DNA of 64,000 bases. Origin: Candidatus Bathyarchaeota archaeon. Its GTDB lineage: Archaea > Thermoproteota > Bathyarchaeia > Bathyarchaeales > Bathycorpusculaceae. The DNA lies in contig CAVYES010000008.1 of NCBI GenBank assembly GCA_963767735.1, positions 203,605-267,604 on the forward strand, written 5' to 3'. Below the pieces are notes generated by a model. It did not search any database and was not told the origin of the DNA. It saw only the letters and a list, made by a program, of their open reading frames with translations. This document shows positions 20,694 to 31,083 of this stretch, piece after piece (the first letter of the stretch is position 1; each line of letters starts with the position of its first letter). The position numbers and the translations under genes were made by a program.

Positions 20694-21303
20694 TTCCAGT
20701 AGAAGCGTAGGGGTGGCTTGTTAACAGTAAAGAGACAAGAAAAAAGTAATTTGAGGCAAAAGCAAACTGATTAAGCAGCAAATTTAATGATATTTCACAT
20801 GTATTCACAATTTTGTGAACCAAAAATGGGTGTGAGCTAAAGAAATTTATGGAAAGTTCATCCTAACTTGGAATTTAGAGAGATTATTGTCAATAAAACT
20901 TTGTTTCCGTTTCAATAAAGACAAATTACCATGGTAAAAATCATCTAACAGGCACCCCTGTGTTTCCTGTCGAAGTCTTCAAGCAAAAAAGAAGTAAAGA
21001 AATCTTAGGAAAAATATTTGCAGTAATCTTATCTAAAAATTTGGATAACAACTATTAATATATCAAAATATTATTAATACCTTAGAGTATATTACCTAAT
21101 TATAGTAAATAGTTGTTCTTTACGTTAATTCACAAATTTTTTCCAGTAGAAACTTTGGGGTGTGCCTTGTTCTTAATTTGCTCAATTGTTATCAGATGTT
21201 TTCATTGTTTTTTAGGATAGTTGTGCTTTAGAACCATTTTTTTGTACTGATTCCTTTATCTGTTCCAGACGAAATAAGGGTTGAGCCTCTGAAAACTAGG
21301 GGA
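20694..21303. promoter_or_regulatory. Replication origin (oriC) with ORB boxes and AT-rich DUE
   Basis: ORB-like TTCCAGTAGAAGCGTAGGGGT (20694,+), TTCGACAGGAAACACAGGGGT (20954-20974,-), TTCCAGTAGAAACTTTGGGGT (21141,+), TTCCAGACGAAATAAGGG (21263,+). An inverted pair flanks AT-rich 20975-21140, directly upstream of cdc6. Confidence 0.9.
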
Positions 21304-21311
21304 TTGGAGAA

Positions 21312-22553
21312 ATGGGAAATTCAAACGTATTAGATGATGTGTTCGAGAGTTTCGTTAATGGGGTTCGGCTGTTTAAGGACAGAGAGGTTCTCAGACACGA
21401 TTATCTTCCCGAAAAATTACCGCACAGAGAAGACCAAATAAAATTATTAGGACAAACAGTCGCGCCAGTTCTAAAGGATGCAAGATGTTCAAACATTTTT
21501 ATTTATGGAAAAACTGGGACCGGAAAAACAGCGGTTACAAAATACGTCTTAAGCCATCTAGAATCGAAAGCAAAGGAATATGGTGCGCCCGTAAAGTTTT
21601 GTTACATAAACTGCCGAATGACTGGTTCAGAATACCGAGTTTTCGCAAGCCTAAGCCAAAACCTTGGTATGTCAATCCCTTTTACAGGCTTATCTGTTGG
21701 TGAAGTGTTTGATAGGTTCAGAGCAGGTTTAGATTCTTCGAAAATAATTTTCATAATAATTCTCGATGAAATTGATGCCTTGATCAAGGACCGCGGAGAC
21801 GCTTTCATGTATGAGTTAACAAGGATAAATGAAACTCTAAGTAAAAGCAAAGTTTCAATAATCGGCATATCAAATGACCTGCGCTTGAAGGAGTTTTTGG
21901 ATCCTAGAGTTTTTAGTTCTCTTAGCGAAGAAGAACTAGTTTTCAGGCCATATGACGCAGCTGAACTTCGAAACATTCTTCTTGAACGCTCAAAATTATC
22001 TTTCCAAGAAGGCGTTTTGTCTGATTCCGCATTAAGTATTTGCTCAGCTTTGGCTGCTGCAGAACATGGCGATGCAAGGCGAGCTTTGGATTTGTTGCGT
22101 GTTGCTGGAGAAGTTGCTGAGCGGCAAGGTGCCAAGTTGATTACAGAAGAGCATGTGCGTCAGGCAGAGAAGCATATTGAGCATAACCGAGTGGTTGAAG
22201 CGCTCAAAAATTTAACATTGCATTCAAAACTGGTGCTTCTTAGCGTTTATCACTTAAACAAACCAAGTGCTACCACAGGCGAAATATACGACGTTTACAA
22301 TGAACTGTGCGGCGAAATGGGTGCTGGTCTTCTGACACAACGCCGATTAGGCACGCTAATTAACGAGCTTGATTCCATGGGGCTTGTGAACGCGAAGGTT
22401 GTAAGCATGGGGCGGTATGGCAGAACCAAAAAAATCAGGCTTGAAATTTCAAGAAGCCTCATAAAGGATGTATTTGGCAACGATAACAGATTTAGTAGCC
22501 TGCTCAATTATTCCCTGCAATCCTCGCATAAAGGCTCAAATGGTACTAGCTAA
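21312..22553 (+). CDS. cdc6: Orc1/Cdc6 replication initiator
   Basis: LPHREDQI, Walker A GKTGTGKT, Walker B ILDEID, HGDARRALDLLR, GRYGRTK. Confidence 0.97.
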   Translation: MGNSNVLDDVFESFVNGVRLFKDREVLRHDYLPEKLPHREDQIKLLGQTVAPVLKDARCSNIFIYGKTGTGKTAVTKYVLSHLESKAKEYGAPVKFCYINCRMTGSEYRVFASLSQNLGMSIPFTGLSVGEVFDRFRAGLDSSKIIFIIILDEIDALIKDRGDAFMYELTRINETLSKSKVSIIGISNDLRLKEFLDPRVFSSLSEEELVFRPYDAAELRNILLERSKLSFQEGVLSDSALSICSALAAAEHGDARRALDLLRVAGEVAERQGAKLITEEHVRQAEKHIEHNRVVEALKNLTLHSKLVLLSVYHLNKPSATTGEIYDVYNELCGEMGAGLLTQRRLGTLINELDSMGLVNAKVVSMGRYGRTKKIRLEISRSLIKDVFGNDNRFSSLLNYSLQSSHKGSNGTS

Positions 22554-22567
22554 ACCCTCTGAGAAAA

Positions 22568-24127
22568 TTAGTTAAATGAGAGAACAGTAGTCTCCAGCGT
22601 TTGCAAGTTTACCACTGGAACTTTTCCCGGCGTAGGAACCAACCCTAATTTCTCCATGTAATCGGTCTGTTCTTGCCAGCCGCCTGAATTCACAACCAAC
22701 ACTCCGCGGTAATTGCAGTAACCTAAAACGTGAATATGCCCCGCATGAAAGATGTCTGGAACTCTATCGATGACCAGGTAATCACGGTTTTCTGGAGACA
22801 ACATGGTTTTTCCACCATAAACTGGCGCTAAGTGGCGACTTTGCATAAGTAGCCTCATTGCTTTTTCTGGGTGATCATGATCCATTCCAGGCAGAACAGC
22901 GATAATATCGTCTAAACTGCGGCCATGATACATTAAAACTTCTACTCCGTGTAGACTTAACAGGCATGGGCTTCCAACAGAGTGAATGTTCTTTTTACCT
23001 TGCATTCCCGTCAAATAGCCTTCTGGTATGGCAGGTTGGGGTAAAGCTTTGCGTGACGCATCATGGTTGCCTGGGGAAATAATTATTTCAATGTATTCAG
23101 GGATTTTTTCCAGATATTTCGCGGCAAAATTGTATTGTTTATGGACGTCTCGTATGGATAGTTCTTTTGCTTGGTTGGGGTAAACTCCAACTCCGTCAAC
23201 AATGTCGCCTGCGATTAGTACGTATTTTACTCTGCCTGCTATTTCCTTCATTTGCTCGTTTCCATATTTCCCCTTAAGCCAAAGTATGAACCGTTTGAAT
23301 GCTTCTTTTTGGAATTTGGTGCTGCCAATGTGAAGGTCTGATGTTAAGACAGCGTAAACTGGTTCTTGTGCTCTTTGTTGGGTTTTTCTGCCTATTTCAG
23401 GGAAAATTATGTCCTCAGCTAAGAAAAGGTTAGTTCTTGTTTTTATCACTGCCAAACAAACTACTTGATCAGGCAAAAGAAGAAGCGCTTTTTTCCTGAC
23501 TTCTTCTGGTGCTTTTTGCGGCACTAAGACAGTTGTGCTTCCCAGCAAGTCTTCAACTGATAGTATCATTTGGTTTTTTGATTCTCTTTTTTCTGTTATC
23601 ATGCAGATTATTTTGAGTTTTGTTTTAGCAGGTGATTTGAGTGCTTCAAGTATTGGTGTTGCAGCTTTAACGTCCATTCTTTGTCTAAGCAAGCGTTCAA
23701 TTCGTTTAAACCTGTCTTGGAAATATTCCAGATATTCTTCAAGGGTGCCGTTGGAGCTAAGTTTGCCTGTTGAATCTTCCAGAATGTTAATGTTTGCTTT
23801 TATGTCCTTGGCGTAGGGATAAAAAGTGCTTTCAACTGTACTTATTTGCTGCGGTGTTGGTGGCTCTACGGCGTTTTGTTGTTGCTGAGGCTGTGTTTCT
23901 ATGAGGGGTGCTGTTAGCTGTTGCACTAAGGTTTCTAAGAATACTTTGTCTATGAAGAACGGTTTTTCTTGCAAGTCTGCTAGCTTTTGAAGTGCCAAGT
24001 TTATAATGCCAACTGGGTCGGTTGTGTCTGAGTTTTGGCTTAAGAATTCAAAGGCTTCGCTGTTTAGTTGGTATCCCGCTGCGATTGTTGCTTCGATTGC
24101 TTTTTGCAGTTTTTCTTTTTCGCTCAT
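22568..24127 (-). CDS. polB: DNA polymerase D small subunit DP1
   Basis: SDLHIGS, AGDIVDG, PGNHD, YHGRS, RHLAP, GHIH phosphoesterase motifs plus OB fold. Confidence 0.95.
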   Translation of the reverse strand: MSEKEKLQKAIEATIAAGYQLNSEAFEFLSQNSDTTDPVGIINLALQKLADLQEKPFFIDKVFLETLVQQLTAPLIETQPQQQQNAVEPPTPQQISTVESTFYPYAKDIKANINILEDSTGKLSSNGTLEEYLEYFQDRFKRIERLLRQRMDVKAATPILEALKSPAKTKLKIICMITEKRESKNQMILSVEDLLGSTTVLVPQKAPEEVRKKALLLLPDQVVCLAVIKTRTNLFLAEDIIFPEIGRKTQQRAQEPVYAVLTSDLHIGSTKFQKEAFKRFILWLKGKYGNEQMKEIAGRVKYVLIAGDIVDGVGVYPNQAKELSIRDVHKQYNFAAKYLEKIPEYIEIIISPGNHDASRKALPQPAIPEGYLTGMQGKKNIHSVGSPCLLSLHGVEVLMYHGRSLDDIIAVLPGMDHDHPEKAMRLLMQSRHLAPVYGGKTMLSPENRDYLVIDRVPDIFHAGHIHVLGYCNYRGVLVVNSGGWQEQTDYMEKLGLVPTPGKVPVVNLQTLETTVLSFN

Positions 24128-24381
24128 TTTGATCGTGTTCTTGTTAGCAAGTGAGTAAGTGCAAGCTTAATGTTTAGGCTCTTATGCTTTTGCGTTATTT
24201 ACTGTTTTTTGTTTGCAGGATAAATTTTTGAACGTTTAAGGCTTCTGTTGATTTACTGGTTAAATATCATAGCGTTTACTGTAGCGTTGATTACGTATTA
24301 ATTGTTAATTATTCAAAATCAACTTAGTTTATATAAATGATCTATAGTTTAGATATGTTATATCTTGATTGGGGTACCGTT

Positions 24382-25359
24382 ATGGGTGAATTACGGAAAG
24401 TTCAACAAACACCAACTGGCACTTTTTTTGTTTGTTTGCCTAGAGACTTGGGCTACAACAGAATGGTTTAAAAAAGGGCGCTTTAGTAAGTTTGGATGTA
24501 ACTAGTGATGGCAAGCTCATTGTTGATGCTGCAATATAATGTTGAGCCACCGCCTAAAGTTACTTCTTTAAACGTTGGTCCTTATCTTGGTCGGGAGATT
24601 ATCGGTCGTTATCTTCTTGGCTATGACTGCATCGATATTGTTGCAAAGGATCGAATTGACTCTGATGTTAGAAAGATAGTGAAGTCAACTGCTAGTTCAC
24701 TGGCTGGTTTAGAGATAGTTGAGGAAACAAGCTTCAAAAATTTCCTTGCAAACTCTAATGCAGCAGCCATCTGGGTTTATTCCTGAAAAAATTTTGCAAC
24801 GCAACTATGCTATTGTGGCTGGGATGATTCGTGATGCCGCTAACTCTTTTATTATGGAGACGTAGAGTTGGCTAAGAACGTTATTGAGAGAGATGCTGAG
24901 AGTAACAAACTGTATTTTTTGTTGGTTAGAATTTTACGAACAATAATTCAAAATCCACGTTTAAGTGAGAAGCTTGGAATTACTCCGATAGAATGTTTAG
25001 ATTATCGTTTGGCTGCAAGTTTAATTGAAGGCATAGGTGACGCATGCGTTCAGGTGGCTGCAAAAACCATAGCGCTTAATGGAGTGAAGTTTTCTGGAGA
25101 ACTGCAGAAATTACTGGTTGATTTGCAAGCTATCTGTTATGAAGCTCATGAGCAAGCGTTGAAATCGTTTGTAACTAAAGACATTGCTTTGGCTGAGAAT
25201 GTGCGTAACCTCCGAGGAAAAATCGATGCAACTTACACAAACATTGAACGAGTTGCAAAAGAGTCTTCTGTGGATTTGATGCCTCAAATTTTGGCAGCGG
25301 TTTCTTTCCTTAGGCAGATTTATGAACGCAGCGTAGACCTAGCGGACTTGGTCGTTTAA
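24382..25359 (+). CDS. AbrB-PhoU phosphate uptake regulator (frameshifted)
   Basis: N-terminal RKVQQT..FFVCLP AbrB motif; PhoU repeats RDAESNKLYF and LRQIYERSVDLAD over several frames. Confidence 0.8.
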
Positions 25360-25424
25360 ATTACTTTTTTGTGTTGGTAAAGGGTTAAATTTCCTAGTTT
25401 ACATTCACATCAGGGATAACTCAT

Positions 25425-26062
25425 ATGCCAAGTATTACCGATAAAGTGGCTAACGCTCTTTACATTTCTGGATGCTTAAAGTTTGGAAGCTTCAAAATTA
25501 AGTCTGGAGCAATCAGCCCATACTACATTGACCTTGCCCGTTTGCTTTCTTCACCAAAACAGCTATGCTCTATAGCCGATTTGGCCGCTGAACAGGTCAA
25601 GCAGATAATGGTATCTGATAGAATAGATAAATTGGCATCCATTGAACTCAAAGGCGCGCTGATAGTGCCAAGCATCGCCTGCAAAGTAAACTTGCCTTGT
25701 ATAGTTGTGCGAAAAGAAGAGAAAGCCTACGGCGTTACAGGCAGAATTGCCGGTGCAGACGTAGCAAAAGGCGACAACATTCTGTTTTTTGATGACGTCA
25801 TAAGCGAAGGTTTATCCAAAGTTGAAGGAATCAAGCCTCTGCAAGAGCTAGGCGGCAACGTTAAGCATTTACTAGTTGTTGTTAACCGGGAGCAAGGCGG
25901 CAAAGAGAACTTGGAGAAGCTTGGCTTCAAAGTGCATGCTTTAGCAAAAATCTCCGAACATCGTTAATTCACTGTATCAAAATAAGCAAATTTCAAAAGA
26001 GCAGACTGCTGAAGTTTTAGAGTTACGTAAAAAATTTTCAAGCGGCTAAGAATACCACTTAA
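25425..26062 (+). CDS. pyrE: Orotate phosphoribosyltransferase (3' indels)
   Basis: KFGSFKIKSG..SPYYIDL, VRKEEKAYG, FDDVISEG. Confidence 0.9.
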
Positions 26063-26239
26063 CTATTTCCTTCGCATTGTCACTAGAATATCCACTCTTA
26101 AGAGGCCTTCTTAATTCCTTTAGCGTATAATCTCCATCTCTTTCCCACATTATATCTCAATAAGTGACCGCTTAAAATAGATATACCCTCATTTATTGAG
26201 TGCCTCACAAAGGAATACACTTCAAGGAAGAACCTGACA

Positions 26240-27245
26240 ATGCAAGCCCAAAAACAAGTAGTCGAAGCCTCCTTACTCCAAGAGCTTACCCAGAAGATTC
26301 AGGCAAAATCGAACTCATCCAAACACACATTTCATTTGTCTTCTTAACTAAAAATTTCGTTTACAAAGTTAAGAAAGCGGTAAACTTTGGGTTTTTAGAT
26401 TTTTCCACACTTGAAAAACGGCGGTTTTTCTGTGAAAAAGAGTTAGAGCTCAACAGGCGACTTTGCCCAGAATCTACCTTGAAGTTGTACCAATCAACAA
26501 ATCAGACATTATCAAGATAAAAGGTACTGGCGAAACGGTTGAGTATGCCTTAAAGATGAAGCGTTTACCTCAAGAAAAAATCATGACAGTACTGCTTAAA
26601 GAAAACAAAGTGGACAATAAAACAATTGATGAACTAGCAAAAATAATCGCGCAATTTCATTCCAAGCGCACAAACAAGCAATGAAATAAACCAGTATGGC
26701 TCACTTAAAATCATAAAGACTAACTGGGACGAAAATTTCTCTCAAACCCAAAAATACATCAACCAAACAATCCCGAGGCAGAGTACCAATTTATTCAAAA
26801 CAAAGTAAACAGATTTCATGGAGAAGAAAAGCGCTTTTTGAAAGCAGAATAAAAAATGGCAAAATTAGAGATTGCCATGGCGATTTGCATTCAGGAAACA
26901 TCTTCATAACCGATAAAATCTGCATTTTTGACGCTATAGAATTCAATGACCGCTTCAGATACTCTGATGTAGCTTCAGATGTTGCCTTTTTAGCCATGGA
27001 CCTAGACTTTCAACAGAGACCTGACTTATCAGGCTACTTCATCGAAAGGTACATAGCGTATTCCAAAGACCCACAATTAACGCAAGTGCTTGCTTTCTAT
27101 AAATGTTATAGAGCTTATGTGCGTGGCAAAGTAATCAGCTTCAAACTAGATGACTCCCAACGTTAGCAGCGGAGAAAAAGCCGCGGCAACTAAAGAAGCA
27201 CAAGCATACTTCAAACTGGCTGCCGATTACGCGAAAAAAATGTAG
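26240..27245 (+). CDS. Aminoglycoside-phosphotransferase-like kinase domain protein (frameshifted)
   Basis: [57 protein letters not shown] across frames. Confidence 0.8.
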
Positions 27246-27250
27246 ACAAA

Positions 27251-28118
27251 CTATTCGAATTGGTTGCCTACCCAATCGGGAACTTGAACCGTGCCCATAA
27301 TGATTGGTTTTTGATGGCAATCGCTTCCACCAGTCATAATTAACCCATGTTCCTTTGCGAACGCTACATAGTGGTTTGTTGTTTCAGCGGTGTTTCTTGA
27401 GTGCCAGCATTCAACGCCGTCAATGTACGGTAACATTTTTTCTTGGATAATTTCTGTTTGCTCAACTAACGATTTAGTTAATGCAACCAGCGAGGTTCCA
27501 TGCGGATCGTTAGGGTGAGCCAAAACCAATTTTCCGCCAGCACCCCTGACTAGATTTGATGCTTCTTCTAGGTAAAGCGGGTACTTAGGCACATCACACT
27601 TTACTAGGTATTTATCGAAGGCTTCTTGCCTCGTTTTAACGATGTTCTTCTTCACTAAATAATCTGCAATGTGAGGTCTGCCAAGCACTCCGTCAACCGA
27701 CTCTTCAATCTGTCTCAAATCATCCTTAGTTAATGCGGCAATGTGTTCTTTCTTAAATTCCGCGTTTAGGTTGTCAAGAATTTTTGCTGCTCTTTCCTCT
27801 CGATATTTTGCCATTGTTTCAAGCTTTCTTCCAAACGCTTTATTGTTGACGTCAAATTGGTAGCCCAAAAAATCTAGTGAAACGGCTTTGCCTTCATGAT
27901 ACTTTGGATGTGCAAAGGTTACGTTTAACTCGACTCCAGTGACATAACGTATGTTTTCTTTTTTTGCTATTGCGATCGCTTGGGTTTGGCAGCCGATAGA
28001 ATCATGATCCGTAATTGCCATGAAGTTGATGTTTCGGTTTTTTGCTTCATTAAAAATTTCTTTGAACAGTTAGTTTCCCGTCTGAAGCTTTAGAGTGAAT
28101 ATGCAAGTCGGTTATCAT
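27251..28118 (-). CDS. PHP-domain phosphoesterase (TrpH/YciV-like), 5' indel
   Basis: DLHIHSKASDG (other frame), AITDHD, GRPHIA, LAHP, TGGSDCH. Confidence 0.88.
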
Positions 28119-28133
28119 TAATGGACGTGTCCG

Positions 28134-28799
28134 TTACTTTTTCTCCATCCCTATAATGTACCAGTCCTTAGCGTTATCGTGGCAAGTATCAACTGTTAAA
28201 TGCAGAATCTTAAGTGTTGGATAATTTTTCTTTATGTCCTCGATGTCTACTGGTTCAAACTTTTTCTTGTTAGCGAGATAAGCATCTACCGTTAAAGCGT
28301 TTGACTCATACTTCTCTTTAGTGCGCCTCTCAATCCTCGCAATCGACACTTCTTCAGGACAGCTTGTTTGCAAAATAACAAATGTCATATTATGCTTCGC
28401 TGCAATTTCGCCTGCTCGCCGCCTCAAATCTTGAGTAACAAAGGTTGCATCCAAAATAATGCCGGGAACATTTTTTTGAGCTAAATCGTCTGCCCTTCGG
28501 AAAACTTCATCATAGACAGACAGGCGTTTATTCATGTTTCCTGCGACTTTCGCGTCAAAAACATCCTCATTCTTTAAAACTTCTAAGCGGATTAAATCGC
28601 TTCGGAGAATTGGGTACCCTTTGATTTTTGACACTTCCTCTGAGGTTTCTGTTTTCCAAGTTCCAGGTAATCCACAAGTAATCAGCAATGTTTTGGTTCC
28701 TAAATTGTCTTTGATAAATTTGGCAAAAGGTTCCTTCAATCTACAGACCTTCTTACTGTTAGCTTTTGACGAGTTGTAATTAAACTTTTTCCAGCCCAA
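28134..28799 (-). CDS. AAA_33 family P-loop kinase
   Basis: CGLPGTWKT, LRSDLIR, IILDATF. Confidence 0.8.
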   Translation of the reverse strand: MGWKKFNYNSSKANSKKVCRLKEPFAKFIKDNLGTKTLLITCGLPGTWKTETSEEVSKIKGYPILRSDLIRLEVLKNEDVFDAKVAGNMNKRLSVYDEVFRRADDLAQKNVPGIILDATFVTQDLRRRAGEIAAKHNMTFVILQTSCPEEVSIARIERRTKEKYESNALTVDAYLANKKKFEPVDIEDIKKNYPTLKILHLTVDTCHDNAKDWYIIGMEKK

Positions 28800-28898
28800 T
28801 AACTGATTGTGTGCAATTCCCAGATTTTAACTGTCCTTACCTTAAAGCAAATTCTAAATAGGTTGAAGACACATTCTTTCTAAAAAGAAGGAATATTC

Positions 28899-30156
28899 AT
28901 GGAAGAATTCCAAGTTAAAGATAAAAGTTTAGCACCGCAAGGTCATTTACAAATTGAATGGGCATCACGCCATATGCCCGTACTAAACCTGATAAAAAAC
29001 AGGTTTGAAAAAGAAAAACCGTTAAAAGGCTTAACTTTGGGCGCTTGCCTCCACGTCACAAAAGAAACAGCTGTTCTAGTGCAAGCATTAACTGCCGGAG
29101 GCGCCAAAATTGCGTTATGCGGTTCTAACCCGCTTTCCACCCAAGATGATGTAGCGGCAGCTTTAGCTGATGATGGTATTCACGTTTTTGCTTGGAGAGG
29201 ACAAAACACTGAAGAATACTACAAGTGCATAGATAACGTGTTAGATTATAAGCCATCCATAACTCTTGATGACGGAGCAGATTTAGTCGGCACCCTCCAC
29301 AGCAAACGCCAAGCTGCAACTGAAGAACGTTAAAGGCGGAACGGAAGAAACCACAACCGGCGTAATTCGTCTAAGAGCAATGGAAAAAGACGGCAGCCTC
29401 AAGTACCCAATCGTAGCCGTAAACGATGCCTACACAAAATACCTTTTCGATAACCGATATGGAACAGGACAAAGCACAATGGACGGCATCATAAGGGCGA
29501 CAAACACATTGATAGCGGGCAAAAACTTTGTAGTCGGAGGTTACGGTTGGTGCTCAAGAGGCATAGCCATGCGAGCTCAAGGCTTAGGCGCCAACGTTAT
29601 AGTAACAGAAGTCCAACCTACTCGTGCGTTGGAAGCAGTAATGAATGGTTTGCGTGTCATGCCAATGGCTGAAGCGGCAGCCATAGGCGACATATTTGTA
29701 ACCGCCACAGGGGACATAAGTGTAATACGGAAAGAGCATATGCAAAAAATGAAGGATGGCGCCATAATGGCTAACAGCGGACACTTCAACGTGGAAGTGA
29801 ACATAAAAGATTTAGAATCACTGTCAACCTCTAAAAGAACAATGCGTCCCAACCTAGAAGAGTACACGCTAAAAGACGGCAGAAAACTCTACCTCTTAGC
29901 CGAAGGCAGACTAGTAAACTTGGCAGCGGCAGAAGGGCATCCGTCTGAAGTCATGGACATGTCATTTGCTAACCAAGCGTTATGCTCAGAATACATTGCT
30001 AAAACAGCGAAGTTAGCGCCTAAAGTGTTCACTGTTCCAAAAGAAATCGACGAAAAAGTTGCCGAACTAAAACTGAAATCGATGGGCGTAAACATCGACG
30101 AGCTTACGGCTGAACAGAAAAAGTACCTTTCAACCTGGGAAATGGGAACAACCTAA
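28899..30156 (+). CDS. ahcY: Adenosylhomocysteinase (one indel near 29325)
   Basis: [50 protein letters not shown]. Confidence 0.95.
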
Positions 30157-30230
30157 ACAAGGGCATGCTTAAAATCATGACAAACTTTAAATTGCTTGAC
30201 ATAATACATGGCTATAAAGTGGTGACTTAA

Positions 30231-30570
30231 ATGGTTAGCAAAGATCAAGGAATAGGTGGAGCAATACTTGCCGTATGCGTTATAGTCGCTATAGTCTATC
30301 TCGTTTTAGTGATTGATCCTAGCTTAATTCGCTAAAACTGGAAACGACGTCAGGTTATATGCAGTACTGGTTCTTGTTTCCGTAGCATTTATCGCTATTC
30401 TGGCGATCGGCGCATGGATAGGCTGGACAATGGCAACAACACCGCCTCCAAAACCAATTGAAGAAATAACAACCGAAATTGAAGAGAAAAAAGAAGAACC
30501 AAAAGCAGAAGCGCCAGCCAAAACAGATGAAGCAGCTGCCACCGACACAACAACCAAGAAAAAGAAATAA
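30231..30570 (+). CDS. Conserved small two-TM membrane protein (WIGWTMATTPPPKPIEEI), one indel
   Basis: Manual translation MVSKDQGIGGAILAVCV..TM..AWIGWTMATTPPPKPIEEI with a charged tail; the minus-strand ORF in the track is its shadow. Confidence 0.7.
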
Positions 30571-30654
30571 ACTACATTACTTTTTCCTATCTTCATTTTT
30601 TCATTTTTTTTATTCTAAAAATCTATCTTTCGAAAAAAAGAAAAATTTTTTTAG

Positions 30655-30989
30655 TTAAGTTCTCATTTTTCTAAGCATGCATTCAACAATATCTTGGCAA
30701 ACGATGCATTCGTCAGGGATTTCTGATTTTTTTCTCGTTCACTTAAGTAGCCAAGGTGTTGTTGGCAGGCAGATGGTTTTTCTTGGTTTTTATTTGTCTT
30801 CTCTTTAGAGAGAATTGTTTCAGTTTGTTTTTTTTCCGGTTTATTGCTATCTTCTGCTTGCGGTTCAATTATTTTCGTTAAACAGAACGGGCAGGCGGCA
30901 AATGTCTGTGTTGAATCCTGCCTTAAGTTTAAGGTTTTAAGTGGCTTACTGAAAGCTTTGCCACAAGCAGGATTCGAGCAGGTAACCAT
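30655..30989 (-). CDS. Small Zn-finger protein (3' indel)
   Basis: CSNPACGK..CPFC, then CQQHLGYL..PDECIVC..VECM in the shifted frame. Confidence 0.65.
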
Positions 30990-31083
30990 TTTTTTTCCTC
31001 GTTTCTCTTTAACCGACGATAAACTGGTTTATTATAAATGATGCTTACTGGCTTATAGTGTTAATGAATCTTAAATAAAGATG

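Noticed and set aside
20536-20823. 95-aa ORF in the origin region
   Set aside because: Overlaps an ORB and the motif array and has atypical composition; likely spurious.
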